Assembly: GCA_050293845.1 (NCBI GenBank)
Contig: JBNKNM010000079.1
Span: 1-22,686 of the forward strand
DNA from: Pseudobacteriovorax sp.
GTDB taxonomy: Bacteria > Bdellovibrionota_B > Oligoflexia > Oligoflexales > Oligoflexaceae
DNA: 22,686 nucleotides
Direction: 5' to 3'
This document shows positions 17,652 to 22,686 of the stretch, piece by piece. The notes under the pieces were generated by a model that worked only from the letters and a program-made list of their open reading frames with translations, had not been told where the DNA came from and did not search any database. How positions within the stretch are numbered: position 1 is the stretch's first letter; every line of letters starts with the position of its first letter. The position numbers and the translations under genes are program-made.

Positions 17652-17730
17652 TTCTGTAACCCTTTGAAATAACAGCCATAATAAGACACACTCTACAAAT
17701 TTGTGTGTTTTATGTGTGTTCTTGATTTTT

Positions 17731-18810
17731 TTATTGTTCGCTACCCCAAGATGGCACCGAAGCAGCATCAGGAGACAAATGAGCATATAATTTTACGGTT
17801 GTTTTAAAGTCGGAGTGCCCCATTATCTTATAGAGATCCCAAATTCTCCCACCACGAATCATGTACCAAGATGCAAATGTGTGACGAAGGCCATGGAATG
17901 TAATTTCAGGTAAGTCTAAATTTGTCTTCCATTTTTTAAAAACTTCACTTGAAATTTTTCGACCTATGACTCTTCGACCAGTGCGAGTCTGAAATAATAT
18001 CTGCTTGTTCTCCGCCCTTTCCATGGCAGTACTTAGCCATGAATTAAGGTGACTTTCATGGGAGAACTTGATTAATCTAGACTTTCCACTTTTTGTCGGC
18101 CCCATTTTATGTAACTTGTCATTCCATGACTTAGTTACGTTAACATGTCGTAGATCTAGATTAATGTCTTCAGGCGATAATGCGACAATTTCACCAAGTC
18201 TTAGACCGCATTCCAAGGCCAACAAAAAAGCCGCTCTGTAAGGTTCGTATTTAGCATTTAGTAATCCATCAACAAAGCGATCGATATGTTGTCTATTATC
18301 CCACCAATTTTTTACAGACCCTTGATTTACAGGTAACCTTTCTATTCTCATTGGAGACTTTTCAACAAATCCCCAAAACTCAGCCTTCTTAAACATTGTG
18401 TGAAGAGTACCCAGACAGTTATTAATTGACTTGTTAGAGAGCCTTCCCTCTTTTACAAGGTATGTTTGAAATCTTTCAATCATAGCTGGGTTAATATCTT
18501 CAAGGTACATAAACTGAAAAAACGGCACTATACGTCTTTCTATATCCAGCATATATCTTTCATGTGTGCTTTCCCTGATCCTAGGTAAATGTTTTTCACT
18601 AAAGATCTTTATAAGATCCTCGAATTTTGCTTTTTGTCGTGTATTTTTTGAAAAATCAAGAGATGATACTGCGTCAGATTTAAATTTCTTTGCATCTGAC
18701 AACTTAAGGAAGCCTCGTTTACTAATTCTACGACCTCTAAATGAGGTATCTATTGTGTAGGTTCCATTTTGTTCTTTATACACTCCCTTTTCTGAAGTCT
18801 TTTTACGCAC
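17731..18810 (-). CDS. int: Tyrosine recombinase (phage integrase)
   Basis: Catalytic set R (GLRLGEI), K (TKSGK), HxxR (HGLRH), H (MGHS), Y (KLYAH), with N-terminal arm-binding and core-binding regions. GTG 18810 has AAAAGGAG 6 nt upstream and lies 2 nt after the xis stop. Confidence 0.93.
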   Translation of the reverse strand: MRKKTSEKGVYKEQNGTYTIDTSFRGRRISKRGFLKLSDAKKFKSDAVSSLDFSKNTRQKAKFEDLIKIFSEKHLPRIRESTHERYMLDIERRIVPFFQFMYLEDINPAMIERFQTYLVKEGRLSNKSINNCLGTLHTMFKKAEFWGFVEKSPMRIERLPVNQGSVKNWWDNRQHIDRFVDGLLNAKYEPYRAAFLLALECGLRLGEIVALSPEDINLDLRHVNVTKSWNDKLHKMGPTKSGKSRLIKFSHESHLNSWLSTAMERAENKQILFQTRTGRRVIGRKISSEVFKKWKTNLDLPEITFHGLRHTFASWYMIRGGRIWDLYKIMGHSDFKTTVKLYAHLSPDAASVPSWGSEQ

Positions 18811-18812
18811 CG

Positions 18813-19010
18813 TCAACTCCTTTTCAACCAATCTAATACATCTCGCTTGGGGAACCAGAGTTTCCCCCTAACTTTAACATGTGGCATTCCTTCTCCAACC
18901 CATTTATAAATAGTCCACTTACTATACTGATTTTTTAAGTAATTCAAAAGTTCTTGGATAGTGAAATATTCTTCCGGATCGAATTGCTCTTTAGACTTGC
19001 TTCGCTTCAC
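18813..19010 (-). CDS. xis: Excisionase / recombination directionality factor (MerR-like HTH)
   Basis: 'YFTIQELLNYL...SKWTIYKWVGEGMPHVKVRGKLWFPKRDVLDWL'; 65 aa, basic, immediately upstream of int; GGAG before the GTG. Confidence 0.85.
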   Translation of the reverse strand: MKRSKSKEQFDPEEYFTIQELLNYLKNQYSKWTIYKWVGEGMPHVKVRGKLWFPKRDVLDWLKRS

Positions 19011-19154
19011 ATAAACTCCAACAGGTATTATTGCGAAGGAAATTTGCGAAGAATGGAAAATTGAAGATTTGAAGAGTGAAGGTTGTATCCCAATCCTTGG
19101 AAAACAATCTTGGCGAACACTATTAGACAGAATCTAGGAAATCAAGGGTATTTT

Positions 19155-19550
19155 TTATTCTAACTCATAATCGAATTTTTCTTTTAGCCTTTGCTTGACC
19201 TTATACTCAATTACGGCGATTTTTGAGTTGTCATTAAGTTCCTCGGCATATGTCCATTTCGCTTCATTAATTACTTCTAAAAAACTACGCTGGAGACATA
19301 TCATGACCAGGTCTCTTTGAAGTAACGAAGGGTCCATGCACTTTTCTATTTGAAAATAGTTACAATGTTTTAAAAGCTCATTACCTAGCTTAACCATATC
19401 TTCAATTTCTCTAGGATTTTTCACACGTCCTGTTTTCCATTTGGTGATGAAATTTTCTTTTATACTTAGATAGTTTGCTAGCTGATTTTGAAAACGCAAG
19501 CCGAGTGCATCCATCGCTTGTTTTATCATTATTGCTCTAATTCGTTCCAA
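19155..19550 (-). CDS. Repressor-like HTH protein (CI-type N-terminal domain)
   Basis: 'IKQAMDALGLRFQNQLANYLSIKENFITKWKTG' is an HTH pattern. AGAGGA precedes the TTG. No S24 peptidase domain is visible. Confidence 0.7.
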   Translation of the reverse strand: MERIRAIMIKQAMDALGLRFQNQLANYLSIKENFITKWKTGRVKNPREIEDMVKLGNELLKHCNYFQIEKCMDPSLLQRDLVMICLQRSFLEVINEAKWTYAEELNDNSKIAVIEYKVKQRLKEKFDYELE

Positions 19551-19810
19551 CTATATATCCTCTTTTTACACAGTAACTTCTCTGAGCGGGCTTTGGTCGC
19601 ACCCTTGGTGTAACTTGAGATCCATAGTTAGACAAAATATTGCGTAAAAATCACGTAGAAATCGCACCTAATCAACTATCCATATATAAATATTTATAAA
19701 AAAATAAATGCTCTTTAAGACTATTCATCAAATCGAATTAAAATAAGATTGATATTATTGCTAAAAATGTTTTTTCGCTCCTTTGAATGGAATTTAATTC
19801 GATATATGGC

Positions 19811-19829
19811 TTTTTCTGAGTCAGAAAAA
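19811..19829. promoter_or_regulatory. Candidate operator palindrome
   Basis: TTTTTCTGA-G-TCAGAAAAA, a perfect 9-bp inverted repeat in the divergent control region. Confidence 0.45.
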
Positions 19830-20006
19830 AGTTAGTCAAAAATTTTTTTAGCAAGAATGATTTGTGTTTGCACTCTTTATTAGGCTCCACAAAAATGTGC
19901 TGCTTGTTTTTCAATGATTTTCAGGTTTACCATTAGCGCATCTCGGGTGAGGAAAAGAGCCTGAACTAGTAGTTATCAACCATATGTTAGAACGGTATTT
20001 TTAGCC

Positions 20007-20312
20007 TTGATTTGTAGTAGTACTGAAAAAAGGGTTGAGAAGTACATCAGTGAATTACCAACAGTCTCCGCGTGCGACTGGTATATACATCGATACGTGT
20101 TTAGAGATTACAGCAGGGTTATGAGTCGTATTCAACTACTCCTTGTTTTAAAAAAAGGAATCTATACTGAATCAAATTCACTGATGAAAATACTTAAATC
20201 CCAAGGAATTCGTGTAGCACAAAATCCAATGTGTAAGGACGACCCTATAGTCGGCCTACATAAGTCGGTATTTGACTTTGAACAAAATTGGACAATCAAG
20301 CCCAAAATCTGA
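20007..20312 (+). CDS. Hypothetical protein; C-terminal 63 aa (from ATG 20121) resemble an ArgR-type winged HTH
   Basis: 'SRIQLLLVLKKGIYTESNSLMKILKSQGIRVAQNPMCKD...GLHK'; start uncertain, no good SD. Confidence 0.4.
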   Translation: MICSSTEKRVEKYISELPTVSACDWYIHRYVFRDYSRVMSRIQLLLVLKKGIYTESNSLMKILKSQGIRVAQNPMCKDDPIVGLHKSVFDFEQNWTIKPKI

Positions 20313-20360
20313 AGCAATAAAGCTTCAGTATAATTTATAATTTTCATCGGAGATAACAGT

Positions 20361-21221
20361 ATGAAATTTTTAAGAGGTCTAATTTTTTTACCTATCATCC
20401 TCGCTTTTTTCGCATGCGATTTCAAAGGAGACAAAGGAAAGGATGGTGCAGATGGCGTTAAGGGAGAAGATGGAGTTAGCTGTTCAGTACTAAAACTTGA
20501 GAATGGTGACGACGCGATTCAATGCGGTGAGAGTATCGTTACTATTCCTGAAGGAAAAGACGGCCAAGACGGAAAGGATGGTGTATCTTGTACTATCACT
20601 GTCGAGGAAAATCAGCAATTTCTTACCTGCGGTGATAATCGCATACCTTTAGATGGTGATGAAACGAGTCTCATAGAACAGTTAAACCTAGCTCTGACAC
20701 CTGTCGTAGTTGATGACTTCCTAGTTGAAGTTACTGGAACTGATCTGTTAGTTACTATAGATTTCAATGTACCAGTATCTATAAATGAAGATCTCGCATC
20801 GGAGCTTAGTGACTACACTTTTAGTCGTTTATCAGAAAAATCCTACTCATTAAAATCAGATGAGATCTTTCAGGGCTTTCCATTTATGGCAATGCTAAAC
20901 ACTTGGCAACTTGACCTACCTTTGGGTTTATTCGAAAATACTTACAACTCAAACTCTATATCTCCTGCTTTAACAGGAATACAAATCACCCACTATAGCT
21001 ACGTCATGAACTTTGAAACTTTAATCTATGATCATGACGACAGCAACGTTTGCGAGAATGATTTTCAATCCTTGACCTATGATTCAATCCAGTCACTAGC
21101 GTCAGCCCATGCTCCAGTTCTACTATCAATAGCTGAACAAAAAGCCTTCAATGTGAGTGAATCTAAAGTAATCAAATTAAATTCAACTGATGACGTGCAA
21201 GTTACCTGCACACGCTCATAA
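20361..21221 (+). CDS. Lipoprotein with short collagen-like (GxD) repeats
   Basis: Signal peptide ending LAFFA-C19, then two units of (GxD)n-GVSC-x(9-13)-CG; acidic remainder; GGAG upstream. Confidence 0.8.
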   Translation: MKFLRGLIFLPIILAFFACDFKGDKGKDGADGVKGEDGVSCSVLKLENGDDAIQCGESIVTIPEGKDGQDGKDGVSCTITVEENQQFLTCGDNRIPLDGDETSLIEQLNLALTPVVVDDFLVEVTGTDLLVTIDFNVPVSINEDLASELSDYTFSRLSEKSYSLKSDEIFQGFPFMAMLNTWQLDLPLGLFENTYNSNSISPALTGIQITHYSYVMNFETLIYDHDDSNVCENDFQSLTYDSIQSLASAHAPVLLSIAEQKAFNVSESKVIKLNSTDDVQVTCTRS

Positions 21222-21235
21222 GATACCCTAGTTTC

Positions 21236-21265
21236 GGGGGGCAGTTACGACTGACCCCCATTTTT
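21236..21265 (+). terminator. Intrinsic terminator after the lipoprotein gene
   Basis: GGGGG-G-CAGT-TACG-ACTG-A-CCCCC (UNCG-type loop, one G.A mismatch) followed by ATTTTT. Confidence 0.7.
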
Positions 21266-21281
21266 ACACAAGGAGAGTGTA

Positions 21282-21533
21282 ATGGAAAAAGTCAAACTCA
21301 TTAAATTTCTAGATACAAATATAATCTTAGACCGTCTAGAGCAAGAAGCACAAAACGCGGGAATGAGTCTAAATGAATTGTGGGGTAGAGTCAGTCTAGA
21401 TTTACGCACGATGAACACGTGGCGAACTGCTACTCACACGCCCACACTTGCTAGCTTACAGCATGTTCAAGAAGTCATTAATGAATATATTCGCGAAAAA
21501 AATCCAGATACAGAGTTTGAGTATGTCGTCTAA
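21282..21533 (+). CDS. XRE/Cro-like HTH protein
   Basis: 'GMSLNELWGRVSLDLRTMNTWRTATHTPTLASL'; AAGGAG at 21270-21275. Confidence 0.75.
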   Translation: MEKVKLIKFLDTNIILDRLEQEAQNAGMSLNELWGRVSLDLRTMNTWRTATHTPTLASLQHVQEVINEYIREKNPDTEFEYVV

Positions 21534-22362
21534 TACCTTCGGACCTAGCAACTTTATCTTAAAAGACGAGCCTATGGCTGAATACCATAGAAAATGGTGG
21601 TGGCTGAGTAAGTCTGTCATTGATTTGATTTTGTCGTCACCAAGACATTTTCATTACAAATTCTTGAATCCTAAAAGCTATCGAGTATCAGAGTCAAAAA
21701 GTCAATCAAGGGGGACAGATGTTCATACAATGCTTCTTGAACTTCCCATTTTTAAGTCTCGCTATCTTTGTGGCCCAGAGGGTAAGAATCGTAATCATGT
21801 GCCCTTTAAAAACATGGTTACGGATAACCCTGACAATATAATCCTTCCTTTTACTGAATATAAAATGCTAGAGGCTATTTACGATTCCGTTTTTCAACAA
21901 AAGCTTGGTCGCTACTTTCTCCAACTTGAAGGTAGTCCGGAAGTATCTTGTTATTGGATCGATCCAGAATTTAATCAGCTCTTAAAGTGTCGTCCCGATA
22001 AACTTATTGAATCTGAAAAGATCGTTGTAGACATTAAGACCACCTCTATCCTAGGGAAATTCAAGTTTGAGCGTCATGCTTCAGAACTTAACTATCATCG
22101 CTCAGCTGCCTTAACCCTGCGTGGTCTTAAGATACTTACAGGCAATGATTATACTTACATATTTCTCGTAGTTGAAACAAAACCACCCTTCAATGTGGCA
22201 TGCTATTCATACTGCGAAGACGATATTGCCACCGGTAATTTGGAAATTGATAAAGCTATAAAAAAATACCAAGAGTGCCAGAAGTTAAATTCCTGGCCAG
22301 GATATTCGGACAACATCCAGTCTATTTCACTTCCTAATTGGCGAGGAGCCCAATATGAATGA
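21523..22362 (+). CDS. PD-(D/E)XK exonuclease, RecE/ExoVIII C-terminal (DUF3799)-like
   Basis: 'SPRHF', 'GTDVHTMLLE', 'EVSCYWID', 'KCRPDKL', 'VDIKTT', 'FLVVETKPP', 'WPGY'. Likely start ATG 21523, overlapping the HTH gene end. Confidence 0.85.
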   Translation: MSSNTFGPSNFILKDEPMAEYHRKWWWLSKSVIDLILSSPRHFHYKFLNPKSYRVSESKSQSRGTDVHTMLLELPIFKSRYLCGPEGKNRNHVPFKNMVTDNPDNIILPFTEYKMLEAIYDSVFQQKLGRYFLQLEGSPEVSCYWIDPEFNQLLKCRPDKLIESEKIVVDIKTTSILGKFKFERHASELNYHRSAALTLRGLKILTGNDYTYIFLVVETKPPFNVACYSYCEDDIATGNLEIDKAIKKYQECQKLNSWPGYSDNIQSISLPNWRGAQYE

Positions 22363-22686
22363 CGCAATTATTGAGCGAAAAAATGCAGAGCTAACGGGTC
22401 TACCCCCTCAAATGCAGGGACTTATGGTGGTTTCAAATCGTCTTGCTAAATCAAGCATTATTCCCAAGCGTTATATAGGGAAACCTGAAGATATTCTTGT
22501 CGCCCTGCAAATGGGATATGATCTCGGCCTATCCAGTTTCATCGTAGCCCTTAAAGAAATTTCCACCATAAATGGAATTCCAAATATTTCATCACAATTG
22601 GGAATCTCGCTGGCAAATCGTAGCGGGGTGTTTTCTACACCCATAGCTTGGAAACAAGAGGGAAAAAGTTGGGACGAACTTAGAGT
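22355..22686 (+). CDS. RecT/Redbeta-like single-strand annealing protein (5' part, truncated by the window; not in the ORF track)
   Basis: MNDAIIERKN...LAKSSIIPKRYIGKPEDILVALQMGYDLGL...INGIP. GAGGAG SD and ATGAATGA overlap with the exonuclease stop. Confidence 0.75.
   Translation, partial: MNDAIIERKNAELTGLPPQMQGLMVVSNRLAKSSIIPKRYIGKPEDILVALQMGYDLGLSSFIVALKEISTINGIPNISSQLGISLANRSGVFSTPIAWKQEGKSWDELR

Larger units (their letters stand above)
17652..22686. mobile_element. Prophage (or phage-related integrative element) integrated at the ssrA 3' end; continues past the window
   Basis: Integrase ends 80 nt from the tmRNA 3' end. xis, repressor, Cro-like, exonuclease and annealase genes follow, and the DNA is visibly AT-richer than the host part. 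Confidence 0.9.

Noticed and set aside
17149..17786. Three minus-strand ORFs (78, 69 and 65 aa)
   Set aside because: They are antisense to the tmRNA and att region, a typical artefact.
19015..19137. GAAG-rich stretch that reads as a protein-like 40-codon frame (…IAKEICEEWKIEDLKSEG…) between xis and the repressor
   Set aside because: There is no ATG start or SD at the beginning of the frame and the repeats are irregular; I cannot distinguish relic, binding sites or chance.
19984..20009. ATG 19984 would join the 20007 ORF if the T5 run had one more T
   Set aside because: The run is too short for phase variation, there is no SD, and it is not a canonical slippery heptamer.
20162..20434. 90-aa hydrophobic minus-strand ORF
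   Set aside because: It is antisense to the lipoprotein signal peptide and the upstream ORF, and the hydrophobicity is explained by AT richness.
1..22686. CRISPR array, tRNA, reverse transcriptase/retron, IS element or known defence system
   Set aside because: I saw no regularly spaced repeats or diagnostic motifs; the only tRNA-like arm belongs to the tmRNA.

Overview
This window holds a bacterial chromosome segment (about 1-17.65 kb) followed by the left end of a visibly AT-richer prophage-like element inserted at the 3' end of the tmRNA gene. The host part begins with a probable rRNA-operon promoter and boxA reading out of the window on the minus strand. It then carries ettA-proS, a secreted SGNH hydrolase, a TIGR02147-like HTH protein, a stand-alone LysR-type HTH protein, acylphosphatase, an atypical ClpX-like ATPase, fadE and an orphan fliG paralog. 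A tightly coupled minus-strand cluster follows (nucleophile-less alpha/beta hydrolase, DUF4175-like membrane/coiled-coil protein, THUMP RNA methyltransferase, small basic protein), then ssrA with the tag GNDQLALAA. The element carries a tyrosine integrase, excisionase, repressor-like HTH, a degenerate ArgR-like wHTH, a collagen-repeat lipoprotein, a terminator, a Cro/XRE HTH, a RecE-like exonuclease and a RecT-like annealase cut by the window edge. The TIGR02147-like gene and the GND..ALAA tag suggest Bdellovibrionota/Oligoflexia (inference). Best leads: (1) one 60-bp element that appears to be the fadE terminator, a sigma28 promoter and an RBS-sequestering hairpin for the orphan fliG; (2) a possible boxA/terminator antitermination switch in the prophage; (3) the RecET-like pair; (4) the pseudo-hydrolase operon; (5) a ClpX variant with a duplicated C-terminal domain. 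All family calls come from reading motifs by eye; no searches were run.
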